Assembly: GCA_040006915.1 (NCBI GenBank)
Contig: JBDTWD010000003.1
Location: 38,023-102,022 of the forward strand
DNA: 64,000 nucleotides
Origin: Candidatus Woesebacteria bacterium
GTDB taxonomy: Bacteria > Patescibacteriota > Microgenomatia > UBA1400 > UBA12028
Direction of reading: 5' to 3'
This document shows positions 9,718-18,828 of the stretch, one piece after another (within the stretch, counting starts at the first letter, position 1; the number at the start of each line of letters is the position of its first letter). Under the pieces are notes generated by a model, which saw only the letters and a program-made list of their open reading frames with translations, made no database searches and was not told the origin of the DNA. A program made the translations under genes and the position numbers.

Positions 9718-11040
9718 TCATTCTCCGATCAAAAAGCCGCCCATATCTTTTCGTCCAATTTCTACATTATGTTTTAATGCAGTTAGTTTTTTGGTGATCA
9801 CCATTTGAGTAGTAATTACTCGATGCTTTAATTTAAATTTCACTTCTACCACTGGAACTTTCCCTTCCCCTTCTTCTTCTTGCTTCCATAACAAATCAGA
9901 TTCATCAGTCAAGCCTAGTTCTTTGGCTTTTGAAATAGCAATTGCACTGCGGAATCTTCCAGTATTCATCAGCGCTTCTACTTCGTGTGGTTTGTCATTC
10001 TCATCAAAAATCGTAATTACTTCTTTTGGAGCCACGATCGTTCGCTCTCCCTCCAAATCCACTAAAGTGACTGTCTCCGTAAAAAGTGACTGTGCGATCT
10101 TTACTGCATGGGACACGGATCTAGCTTCAATTTCCTCAATTCGCTCAAGTCTGCGCCGTAAGCCCGAACGATTTGCCAATTGAATCGAAAGACCAGGAGC
10201 GCGATTGAGCTCGGCAATCATCGGTCCTTTTTCAGGATGCACAAAAACATCCGCTCCCATATACACAAAACCTGTCGCATTCGCACTACGAACTGCAGTT
10301 TTTAAAACATCTACCCAATACGGGATTTTGATCCCTGCGGTTTTAATGTTCGTATGAGGAAACAGATCAAAAATCTGATTACCGCCACTTACTCCATGTG
10401 TCGTCTCGCCAGTTCCTAAATCAATCCCAAGTGCCACGGCTCCCTGATGCAAATTGGCTCTACCTCCTGACGCTTTGGTCGGAATACGAATCATCGCCAT
10501 CACCGGAATTTTGTTAAACACAATCACGCGAACATCTGGAGTTCCCATTTCAACATACTGTTCAAGGTCAGGATGCACTGGTACTCGTTCCTCAATCAAA
10601 ATAATGGGAAGACTCCCCCAGGTACTATATTCTCCCTCCAAGATATTTCGACCATGTAAGATTAAATCTTCACGAGTAAACGGTTTCTCTTCTAGGTCAA
10701 TCCAAATTGCTTCCCCTTTTTTCTTGCGCTTGATGACCATCACACCCTTTCCTGCACTGCCATTCGCTGGCTTAATCACAAATGATGGGCCGCAAATATT
10801 CCAATCGAATTCTTGGAGTTCTTCCAATGAAGAAATTTTGGCAAACAATTTGGCAACTGTTATTCCATGTTTAGCCAAAAAGTTCTTTGCTCGCAACTTA
10901 CTGGTACCAAATTTCGTTGCATCATGAGAGTTTAATGGCTCATAAAGCATGTTGCGCGCATTCAAACCCAAGATATCAGAGAGTTTTACCATAGAGTATG
11001 TTATTCCTGCTCTTCGGATAGACGACGGAATCGAATCCAT
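9718..11040 (-). CDS. RimK-like ATP-grasp amidoligase (alpha-L-glutamate-ligase-like) with N-terminal extension
   Basis: ATP-grasp body: FVIKPANGSAGKGV, ...ILIEERV..., ...MIAELNRAPGLSIQ. An additional ~100-aa N-terminal domain is present. Confidence 0.7.
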   Translation of the reverse strand: MDSIPSSIRRAGITYSMVKLSDILGLNARNMLYEPLNSHDATKFGTSKLRAKNFLAKHGITVAKLFAKISSLEELQEFDWNICGPSFVIKPANGSAGKGVMVIKRKKKGEAIWIDLEEKPFTREDLILHGRNILEGEYSTWGSLPIILIEERVPVHPDLEQYVEMGTPDVRVIVFNKIPVMAMIRIPTKASGGRANLHQGAVALGIDLGTGETTHGVSGGNQIFDLFPHTNIKTAGIKIPYWVDVLKTAVRSANATGFVYMGADVFVHPEKGPMIAELNRAPGLSIQLANRSGLRRRLERIEEIEARSVSHAVKIAQSLFTETVTLVDLEGERTIVAPKEVITIFDENDKPHEVEALMNTGRFRSAIAISKAKELGLTDESDLLWKQEEEGEGKVPVVEVKFKLKHRVITTQMVITKKLTALKHNVEIGRKDMGGFLIGE

Positions 11041-11924
11041 TCAGTGAATCGCAGGCCAAGATAGCGACCGATGACAAAGTTTAAAAGTCCGATCAATAAG
11101 AACGTCAGTTCAGGATATAAAAGCACAAATGATTGGATTAACTGTGAACGAAGTACTAAGGTACACAGTACCCCTAAAATAAATGTTTCAAACACACGTT
11201 GAAGCGCGACAGTCGAAGAACTCGCGCTAGAGATCTCCAAGAAGTTCTCAGAAAGTAAAATCAGAATTAACAGTGCAAATACGTTTAACACTGAGAGTGA
11301 AAGTAACTGAACATAGGTAGAAAGAACTAAGAGCCCGAACACTCCAAAAGAAACCAACCACAGAATCATAGCTGTACGTGGAAGATAAGGTAATTTAAAT
11401 CCCTGCAATAAACGTCTTCCTATTGTCGCAAACAGTAGAATGGAAAAAAACAAAAAGCTGCCTCTAAACATTCCCATTGATAACAAGGCAACAGCTAGAG
11501 CCGCTGGCGCATACATGGACAGGCCTGACAATCCAATGATGTGACGCGCAAAGGCAATCAAACTTGCAACCAACGGGAAGATCAAGATAAAGGCAACAGT
11601 CGTCGCGCTCACCCCATTATCCACAGCGCGTCGCACTGCGTATTGGAGAAAGTTTGTTGGACCAAAATTTCCCAGTTTTTCTGTCTGTAAAATACTTTCC
11701 AAGCGATCGGCAGTTTGCCCACTCGCCTGTGTAATATTCCCTTCGTTGACTAACGGTCGTGATTCTTTAAAAATGACACCGCTTTCTGAGGCACTACTAC
11801 TCGCTTCCGATGATTCAGTTGCGACAGCGTCAGTTGGAAAAAATCGAGTATCTTGGGCAAAGACAGTTGATCGTGAAACTGAAAGGAAGAAAACGAATAC
11901 ACTGAGGGCAAAGATTTTTTTCAT
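11001..11924 (-). CDS. signal peptide + ~90-aa periplasmic region + 7-TM membrane protein (7TM-transglutaminase-associated type). Likely start MKKIFALSV at 11924.
   Basis: Seven hydrophobic helices counted in the C-terminal 230 aa. N-terminal cleavable signal (VFAQD). Confidence 0.55.
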   Translation of the reverse strand: MKKIFALSVFVFFLSVSRSTVFAQDTRFFPTDAVATESSEASSSASESGVIFKESRPLVNEGNITQASGQTADRLESILQTEKLGNFGPTNFLQYAVRRAVDNGVSATTVAFILIFPLVASLIAFARHIIGLSGLSMYAPAALAVALLSMGMFRGSFLFFSILLFATIGRRLLQGFKLPYLPRTAMILWLVSFGVFGLLVLSTYVQLLSLSVLNVFALLILILLSENFLEISSASSSTVALQRVFETFILGVLCTLVLRSQLIQSFVLLYPELTFLLIGLLNFVIGRYLGLRFTEWIRFRRLSEEQE

Positions 11925-12006
11925 GTCTATAGTATAGTACATCCGGCAACGAAAAGCCCCCCGATGTATCACCGAGGGGCTTCCATTTTTCAAAAACTAT
12001 TTTCCC

Positions 12007-12756
12007 TTATTTCAAGGCTTCGTCTAAGGCCTTTTGGAATTCACTGTATGGTTGCGCTCCCACGAGGAGTTTTCCATTGATAATGAACGTTGGGGTTCCA
12101 CTAGCGCCTACTTTTGCTGCCAAAGCATTATCATCGTCAATCTTTTGTTTAAACTTGCCATCGGCAATACACTTCTTGAATTGATCGACATTAATACCGA
12201 CATCTTTGGCATAGCCTTCAAACTTGGCTTTAGGATCAGCTTCATTTACCCAAGCATCTTGGTTGCCAAACAACTTGTCATGCATTTCAAAATACTTCTT
12301 TTGGTCTCCTGCACATTCAGCAGCTTCTGCACCAATGTGAGCGTTCGGGTGGAATGGAAGAGGAAGATTTTGTACAGCATAACTAATCTTATTGGTATCA
12401 ATATAATCCTTCTTCAGCTGACCATATGTTTGGGTAAAGTACTGTCCACAGAATGGACATTGAAAGTCAGTAAATTCAACGACTGCAACTTTCGCACTTT
12501 TGTTCCCTTCAATATGGACTGAATTTCCAGTCACTTCTTTCCACTGATCATCAGTTAATTGAGTTACAGGTTCAGCAGGAGCTGCGGCAGGAGCGGCTGC
12601 TGTTGGTGCCGTGGCTGCACTTCCACCTAATGACATTCCTCCAGCTTTCCACATCATGACAAACACCAGTGCGATCGCAGCTAGTGATACCGCAGAGACG
12701 GCACGAGTGACAACTTCAACTACTGTTGCCCACTCTTCAAATAATCGCTTATCCAT
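12007..12756 (-). CDS. membrane-anchored DsbA-like thiol:disulfide oxidoreductase
   Basis: N-terminal TM, Ala/Pro linker, thioredoxin fold with CPFC active site (FTDFQCPFCGQYF). Confidence 0.75.
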   Translation of the reverse strand: MDKRLFEEWATVVEVVTRAVSAVSLAAIALVFVMMWKAGGMSLGGSAATAPTAAAPAAAPAEPVTQLTDDQWKEVTGNSVHIEGNKSAKVAVVEFTDFQCPFCGQYFTQTYGQLKKDYIDTNKISYAVQNLPLPFHPNAHIGAEAAECAGDQKKYFEMHDKLFGNQDAWVNEADPKAKFEGYAKDVGINVDQFKKCIADGKFKQKIDDDNALAAKVGASGTPTFIINGKLLVGAQPYSEFQKALDEALK

Positions 12757-12825
12757 ATGGAAACTCCTACTATATTTATATATACGTACTCAAGATCCTT
12801 ACCGTACCAAAGTAAAAGGGACGCG

Positions 12826-13758
12826 TCAAGACTCAAGCCACCATTGTGCATCAAGCGCTGCCATACATCCAAGTCCCGCCGCTGTTATCGCTTGCTTATA
12901 GCGATAATCTACACAGTCTCCGGCAGCAAACACCCCTTCTACCGAAGTCATGGTTGGATAGTTAGTCAGACCCTGACGCACTGTAATAAATTTTTTCTCA
13001 TCCAGCTGAATTTGAGCTGAGAAAATTTCTGTTGAAGGCTTATGTCCAATCGCAACAAATACTCCATCGGCTGGCAATTCTTTTATTTCGTGCGTGTTCA
13101 CATCTTCAATTACCAGAGTTTCAACTTTCGCTTCGCCTTTAATTTCTTTGGGAACTGCATTCCAAATCACTGAGACTTTCGGATTTGCTAATACTCTATC
13201 CTGCATGATTTTACTGGCTTTAAAGCTATCTCTTCGATGAACAAGCGTGACAGATTTTGCAAATTTGGTTAGTGCTAACGTATCTTCCATTGCTGCATCT
13301 CCTCCACCAATCACGTAGGTATTTTTTTCTTTAAAGAATGCGGCATCACAGACGGCACAACTACTCACTCCCCGCCCAACCAGTTTCATTTCACCAGGGA
13401 TACCAAGCCACACATTTTCAGCTCCGGTTGAGATGAGTATCGCTTTAGCTTGAAACTCTTCTTCTCCACTCCATACTTTAAATGGACGGGCTGAAAAATC
13501 GACTTTAGTGATATTTTTATCAATGATCTGCGTTCCAAAATTCTTAGCTTGATCCCGCATATTCTGCATAAGGAGAGGACCATCCACTCCTTGTGGAAAT
13601 CCTGGATAGTTTTCAATCACTGTGGTAAGCATTAATTGTCCACCAGCTTTTTCTCCAGCAAAAAGCAGAGGAGCTAAATTTGCCCGTGCTAAATATGTAG
13701 CCGCAGTCCAACCACTTGGTCCTGAGCCAATGATAATAACGTTATGGATTTCATTCAT
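12826..13758 (-). CDS. trxB: thioredoxin reductase
   Basis: IIGSGPSGWTAA (FAD), CAVCD redox-active disulfide, GGGDAAME (NADPH), 310 aa. Confidence 0.9.
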   Translation of the reverse strand: MNEIHNVIIIGSGPSGWTAATYLARANLAPLLFAGEKAGGQLMLTTVIENYPGFPQGVDGPLLMQNMRDQAKNFGTQIIDKNITKVDFSARPFKVWSGEEEFQAKAILISTGAENVWLGIPGEMKLVGRGVSSCAVCDAAFFKEKNTYVIGGGDAAMEDTLALTKFAKSVTLVHRRDSFKASKIMQDRVLANPKVSVIWNAVPKEIKGEAKVETLVIEDVNTHEIKELPADGVFVAIGHKPSTEIFSAQIQLDEKKFITVRQGLTNYPTMTSVEGVFAAGDCVDYRYKQAITAAGLGCMAALDAQWWLES

Positions 13759-14327
13759 ATGTTTTTTGTCTCCTCTATCATCTGATCTATTTTCCCGGAT
13801 TCTAAAAGTGTTTGAATCAATGGTAATAATCTGACCGCATTGGGTGGCATTAAGATCGAGCCGTTTTCTACGCTGGTGATCAAATCAACAATATCAAAGA
13901 ATCTCACTTCTTGTGCTTCAACAGTATTGAATCCAGGAAAAGGCCCTTCGTGCAGACCATAGAACATTGCCCAAAACTCGGACTCATGCACTCCTGGTTG
14001 GAATATTTTCATCCAGTGGGTAAGAGGGACATTCACTCCTAATTCTTCACTGAGTTCACGAACCGCAGTTTTCTCATACGAATCGCCGCTGTTAACATGA
14101 CCTCCCACAGAAAATACCCAGTACCCAGGAAACATATCTTTTGTCATGCTCCGCTTTTGCATCAAAAGATGTTTTTTTTTGTTAAAGATATAGACACCGG
14201 CAGCACGATGAATGAGTTTGGGATCGCTATGTACTTGTTTGCGAGTGGCTGTTCCAAGGACTTCGTCCTCCTCGTTCACAACATCATAGACTTCTTCCTG
14301 ATTATCAGTGGTATTGGGATTGTACAT
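13755..14327 (-). CDS. NUDIX hydrolase
   Basis: Nudix box GGHVNSGDSYEKTAVRELSEELGV. Confidence 0.75.
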   Translation of the reverse strand: MYNPNTTDNQEEVYDVVNEEDEVLGTATRKQVHSDPKLIHRAAGVYIFNKKKHLLMQKRSMTKDMFPGYWVFSVGGHVNSGDSYEKTAVRELSEELGVNVPLTHWMKIFQPGVHESEFWAMFYGLHEGPFPGFNTVEAQEVRFFDIVDLITSVENGSILMPPNAVRLLPLIQTLLESGKIDQMIEETKNI

Positions 14328-14334
14328 ACGACAA

Positions 14335-14673
14335 TTATGCCGCCATTACTTTAGTGATCATTTCACGATATTTCTCTTCTCCACCAAATCCAATTTGACG
14401 ATCTGCTTCGACCATTTCACCTTTCTCATTTTTCTTGAAAGCAACCACAGTCGGAATACTCATAATTCCATAGTTACCGGCAATGTTTGTGGCATCCGTA
14501 TCAACTTTAACGATTTTCACCTTCCCAGCAAATTCGTCTGACAATTTATCGATAATTGGAGCAGCCATCTTGCATGGTCCACACCATTCGGCGTAGAAGT
14601 CCACAATCACTGGAGTCTCTGATTTTAAAACCTGATCTGTAAATTGATCATCGGTTAAGTGTGCTGCTGCCAT
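14335..14673 (-). CDS. trxA: thioredoxin
   Basis: WCGPCK active site, 112 aa. Confidence 0.9.
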   Translation of the reverse strand: MAAAHLTDDQFTDQVLKSETPVIVDFYAEWCGPCKMAAPIIDKLSDEFAGKVKIVKVDTDATNIAGNYGIMSIPTVVAFKKNEKGEMVEADRQIGFGGEEKYREMITKVMAA

Positions 14674-14682
14674 ACGGTCCTT

Positions 14683-14934
14683 TCAAGTCATTTCGACTAA
14701 TGTTTTTAATATACGATCAAAATCCTCAGGGGTTCTACATCTCGCACAACGGCTGGCTTCATCGGCGAGTAAATCCTTGGCTACACCAGAGAGTGCGCTA
14801 CGGGATGCCGCCACTTGCTGCACAATATCCAAACAAGAACGCTCTTCTTCATACATAGCAAGGACTCCATTAAGTTGTCCAATAATCTTCTTTAATTTAA
14901 GCGCTACCGCGTCTTTTCCAAGGTCAACAGCCAT
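14683..14934 (-). CDS. CsoR/RcnR/FrmR-family (DUF156) metal/thiol-sensing transcriptional repressor
   Basis: 83-aa all-helical protein with Cys at ~33 (RSCLD) and a C-A-R-C pair at ~63-66 in the W-X-Y-Z sensing positions (Cys where CsoR has His). Confidence 0.6.
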   Translation of the reverse strand: MAVDLGKDAVALKLKKIIGQLNGVLAMYEEERSCLDIVQQVAASRSALSGVAKDLLADEASRCARCRTPEDFDRILKTLVEMT

Positions 14935-14969
14935 ACTCTATGTATACTCCCCCACAGTATCGGTGTCAA

Positions 14970-15446
14970 CTACAGTTGTACCGAATCTCCAATTTTAATT
15001 CCCCTCTTTTGTACTTCCCCAGCATTCATCTCCAGCACATGAGTCACTGGTGTGATTGGTGAATAGAAACGTAAAGCTGAATCTGGCTCTCCTTTCTGGG
15101 CTGAGACTTTTTCGGTCAAATCAACGACCTTGTTTGAATCAATCCAGACGAAATCCAAGTCAAAACGCATATCTTTCATCCAAAATGTAGGAATATCACG
15201 AGCTGGCATCACAAACAGCATGCCATCACTTCCTAGTGTATCTCTTTTTCCTAATCCCAAGGTGATTTCTGGTATGGTTTTGGCACGCTCAATAGCAAGT
15301 TTCTGAGAACCAACAGTAATCGTGTCTTGGCTTTCATTTTGCGTCACTGGCGATTTCTTGAGAATGAAAGAGCCTAAAAGAAAAATCGCCACGATTGTTA
15401 TCAGTAGTAAAATGATTTTCTTCATAAGAAAGTCTTCAACTCCCAT
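14970..15446 (-). CDS. DUF192 family protein with N-terminal TM
   Basis: N-terminal TM then a DUF192-like body (LFVMP...DMRFDLDFVWID...). Confidence 0.55.
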   Translation of the reverse strand: MGVEDFLMKKIILLLITIVAIFLLGSFILKKSPVTQNESQDTITVGSQKLAIERAKTIPEITLGLGKRDTLGSDGMLFVMPARDIPTFWMKDMRFDLDFVWIDSNKVVDLTEKVSAQKGEPDSALRFYSPITPVTHVLEMNAGEVQKRGIKIGDSVQL

Positions 15447-16258
15447 TGTATGCCTCGATCACTATGACGGCGTAACCAAAAAACAATAATTGATGCAAGT
15501 GTAATCCCAATCGCCACCCATTGTGCTATAGAAAAGATCCCTAGTGCTCCACTCCACCTAGCAGTATCAATCCGTAAAAATTCTAACCAAAAACGAATCA
15601 GTCCATAACATGCTAAATAGATACAAGCGTATTGACCTTTCCCGATGTGTAACTTTTTCTTCAATCCCAGCCAATTAATAAAAATGAAGACGCACAGATT
15701 GGCAATCGCTTCATAGGCAAAGAGCGGATGATAGCGCTGTCCGTTAACCAGGATTCCCCACGGTAGATCGGTTGTCACTCCATAAAGCTCTCGGTTGAAA
15801 TAATTACCAAATCTCCCAATTGCTTGCGCAAGTGGCGCCCCTAAAGATAGAAGATCGACCAGCAAAAAGAACTTTTCAGTCGGATTCTTCTTTCCTTTTG
15901 TGTAGGCAAAAGCTATCAATCCAAGCAATCCTCCGATAAGTGCTCCAAAATATCCCAATCCTCCATTCCAGACTTTTAAGGTATCGATCAAAGGTCCATA
16001 CGCATATAATTGCCAATCTGTGATCACATGATACAAACGCGCACCAACAATTGCCGGAATAACAATCCAAAGGAGAGACTCATCAATCAGTTTTGAATTA
16101 ACTTTGAAATGCTTCGCTTGAAGAGTTGCAACAGCAATGCCGGCAACAACCCCAAGGCCAATTAGTAGGCCATACAAATGAAACATACATTTAAACGATT
16201 GCCGAAAGTACAGTAAGGATCCCAAATACTCCGATCGCTCCGTACACAAAATAATCAA
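15422..16258 (-). CDS. lgt: prolipoprotein diacylglyceryl transferase
   Basis: Polytopic membrane protein with the GGLGYFGALIGG Lgt signature region and YHP motif. Confidence 0.85.
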   Translation of the reverse strand: MIILCTERSEYLGSLLYFRQSFKCMFHLYGLLIGLGVVAGIAVATLQAKHFKVNSKLIDESLLWIVIPAIVGARLYHVITDWQLYAYGPLIDTLKVWNGGLGYFGALIGGLLGLIAFAYTKGKKNPTEKFFLLVDLLSLGAPLAQAIGRFGNYFNRELYGVTTDLPWGILVNGQRYHPLFAYEAIANLCVFIFINWLGLKKKLHIGKGQYACIYLACYGLIRFWLEFLRIDTARWSGALGIFSIAQWVAIGITLASIIVFWLRRHSDRGIQWELKTFL

Positions 16259-16739
16259 ATTCTGGCTCAGTCAAATTGGCGTGGAAGACAGAGAACCAAC
16301 GTTCCTTGAGTAATTCAAGAGGGTGTCGGTATAAGAAGAGATCCATCATCAGTGATAAACCAAGTCCCATGACAAACCCTCTGCCAAAAAAGTTGTTAGT
16401 TGAAGTGATTACAAAGAAAGCAGTTAAGAAATATCCTGCGAGTAGCGGATACGAACGCAACGGAGTTTGGGGAGCATTGGTCGGAACTAGATTTCCTTGT
16501 CGTACTTGTGAAGCCCCCTGTTGCAGTACGTCTTTTGCAGTACTGGTATTAATTTTGACATCCCCCGCCATGATTTTCGGCAAAAGGACATCTAAGAACA
16601 CTGGCAGCACAAATCCTACAAAACTCCCTAAGGCTGCGATACCGACAGTCAAAGGAACCCCTAAACGGAAATACCAAATCAGAGAAAGGACGAGAGTGTA
16701 GAGGATCCAACCCAAAAAAAGAACAACATTCTTTTGCAT
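16191..16739 (-). CDS. hypothetical integral membrane protein
   Basis: 182 aa, ~5 TM, no motif. Confidence 0.4.
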   Translation of the reverse strand: MQKNVVLFLGWILYTLVLSLIWYFRLGVPLTVGIAALGSFVGFVLPVFLDVLLPKIMAGDVKINTSTAKDVLQQGASQVRQGNLVPTNAPQTPLRSYPLLAGYFLTAFFVITSTNNFFGRGFVMGLGLSLMMDLFLYRHPLELLKERWFSVFHANLTEPEFDYFVYGAIGVFGILTVLSAIV

Positions 16740-16761
16740 ACATTTATCCTACCATATGATC

Positions 16762-17145
16762 TCATTTCTTTTCTTTTGCGAGTTTTGCTTTCTTAAGTTC
16801 TTTTACTTTCCACATAAATAACCTGCCCTTGGAATTGGCATTGGCATCCAATACAAAGGTTCGTGCGGACTCTAGAATTTTTCGGTCAACCGTTTTGGCC
16901 ATCTTTATGTACAGTGACTTGTGTGCCATGTCATCAAGCTCACTTGCCAATCGATAGCCGTAATCTTGAAATTCTTTGGTTATGTATCCACCGGCATCTT
17001 CCATAGCCCGACTTTTAATCAGATCGGCAATTGACGAAAATGAAGAAGGTTTTTTACGATCGCTCATATCGAGCAGTATATAACAGTGTTGACACCAAAA
17101 TACCACCGGCAGCAAAGATAAAGATCCAATTCCAAATCGCTCCAT
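16762..17145 (-). CDS. hypothetical protein (start uncertain; overlaps next gene)
   Basis: Basic/charged small protein. N-terminus of the track ORF is probably over-extended. Confidence 0.3.
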   Translation of the reverse strand: MERFGIGSLSLLPVVFWCQHCYILLDMSDRKKPSSFSSIADLIKSRAMEDAGGYITKEFQDYGYRLASELDDMAHKSLYIKMAKTVDRKILESARTFVLDANANSKGRLFMWKVKELKKAKLAKEKK

Positions 17146-18277
17146 ACAGAATGAACAATATTCCCAACACCGACCAAAAAATCAGAGAAACTATACAAGT
17201 GAGTACTTCTTTATACACATGGAAAACAAACGTATCTAGACGTTTGGAGATCCGATAAACTAAAGCATCAAATGACGGATAGAAAAAGCTCTCAACCAAT
17301 TTCTGGGCAATCTCAATCGCAATGATCATTGTAATCAGGGTCATATTGATTCGTAAGATCCAAAAGAGCGATAGAAGCAGCCCCCCCACAATAAACAACA
17401 TGTTTCTCTTACTATGGTCAATATACCAACCGGTAAAGTACACCAGAATCAAAGAGATAAAGAAAGAAAGCGACATTAAAAATCCTAAACGTTCAACTTT
17501 ACCAAAAACCAAAATCAAATAAATTGGCCATAATTCAAATCCGACGTCATTCACGTATCGACCGACTAAAGCCGCATGGACGCGAAAGTCAGCACTTCTT
17601 TTACACCAACTTAAGAAATGAGAGAGATTTGGAGAGGTCAACGTTTCCTTCCAATGCATTGGAAATAATGGCACGTTTGACAGCAAGAAGAAGATCATCG
17701 CTCCAAAGAAGGCGGCACCAAATCCAAATGTCACGATCAGGCCTCCTGCCAATGCAGGCAACAAGGAATACGAGAGTTTTAAAATAAACGTAAATGCTCC
17801 AACATCACGACCCACCTTGCTGTTACTCGCGCGCTTGGCAAACATCGTGTCATAAGCTGGACTAAAAACTGAGAGTTCAATACCTTGAATGATAGCTGCA
17901 GTAAAAATAAGCAACGGATATTTGGCCGATAGTGCTAGTAAGCCATAACGTAGTGCCATTAAAAAATTTCCAACGATTGCTGCTTTTGGTAATCCCAACT
18001 TTGAGGCCCACTGAGCCATTGGGAAAATCACTAATAGTTCAATAAACCGCAAGATCAAAACATCGGCGACAACTGTCAGGATTCCCTGCTGAAAATTGGA
18101 GAGTTGAAACCATGAGAAAAAATTGTTGGCAATTCCCAGACGATAAAAATAGACAAAAGTAAAAATGTCGACTAACGAAAAACCACTTTGGCGCAAGAAC
18201 GACGACCAAAATAAATTTCGCAGAGATTTTTGAAAAAAGAATAAAACGTGCTGATGACTATGATGAGAGGTCGACAT
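17054..18277 (-). CDS. MFS-type transporter-like membrane protein (~12 TM)
   Basis: 407 aa, repeated hydrophobic helices, two-halves architecture. Confidence 0.5.
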   Translation of the reverse strand: MSTSHHSHQHVLFFFQKSLRNLFWSSFLRQSGFSLVDIFTFVYFYRLGIANNFFSWFQLSNFQQGILTVVADVLILRFIELLVIFPMAQWASKLGLPKAAIVGNFLMALRYGLLALSAKYPLLIFTAAIIQGIELSVFSPAYDTMFAKRASNSKVGRDVGAFTFILKLSYSLLPALAGGLIVTFGFGAAFFGAMIFFLLSNVPLFPMHWKETLTSPNLSHFLSWCKRSADFRVHAALVGRYVNDVGFELWPIYLILVFGKVERLGFLMSLSFFISLILVYFTGWYIDHSKRNMLFIVGGLLLSLFWILRINMTLITMIIAIEIAQKLVESFFYPSFDALVYRISKRLDTFVFHVYKEVLTCIVSLIFWSVLGILFILYGAIWNWIFIFAAGGILVSTLLYTARYERS

Positions 18278-18828
18278 TACCTTTCATTGTCTATTTTCTG
18301 GGAGAGAAGATCAACAACAGACTCGGTTATTTTTCCTATCAAATACTGTTCATCAGAAGAAAAACCGCCAAGTACATAGTCTTGCGGATCCATAGATCGA
18401 TCCCCTTTTCTGCCATCCACTCCGACACGAACATGCCAGAACTGATCGGTTCCTAAGCTATCTTTAATATGGTTGACACCATTGTGGACTTTTGGTCCTG
18501 AGCCAAAAACTAGCTTATATTTCCCCACCTCAACATCTAAATCATCATAAATCACAAACAGGTTATGGAAATCTTTTTTCCCTAACGAATCGTAGTCGTA
18601 TTTCTTGAGCACGGCTTTCACTGCACTTCCAGAAAGGTTCATGAAGGTTTGCGGTTTTGCCAACACACAGTTTCCTACTCGCAGTGTTTCTGCCTCCAAC
18701 GATTTTTCCACTTTCCAGTCAGAGACCCCAGCTTTTTGAGCAATAGCCTCAACTATTCTCCAGCCAGTGTTATGACGTGAGTGTGTATATTTTTCACCGG
18801 GGTTACCAAGACCAACAATAATAGTCAT
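18277..18828 (-). CDS. pth: peptidyl-tRNA hydrolase
   Basis: IVGLGNPGEKYTHSRHNTGW N-terminal signature. Confidence 0.9.
   Translation of the reverse strand: MTIIVGLGNPGEKYTHSRHNTGWRIVEAIAQKAGVSDWKVEKSLEAETLRVGNCVLAKPQTFMNLSGSAVKAVLKKYDYDSLGKKDFHNLFVIYDDLDVEVGKYKLVFGSGPKVHNGVNHIKDSLGTDQFWHVRVGVDGRKGDRSMDPQDYVLGGFSSDEQYLIGKITESVVDLLSQKIDNER

Noticed and set aside
11941-12006. Hairpin (AAGCCCC...GGGGCTT) after dsbA-like gene as a terminator
   Set aside because: The loop is ~14 nt and the following T-tract is poor on the relevant strand. It was not listed as a feature.
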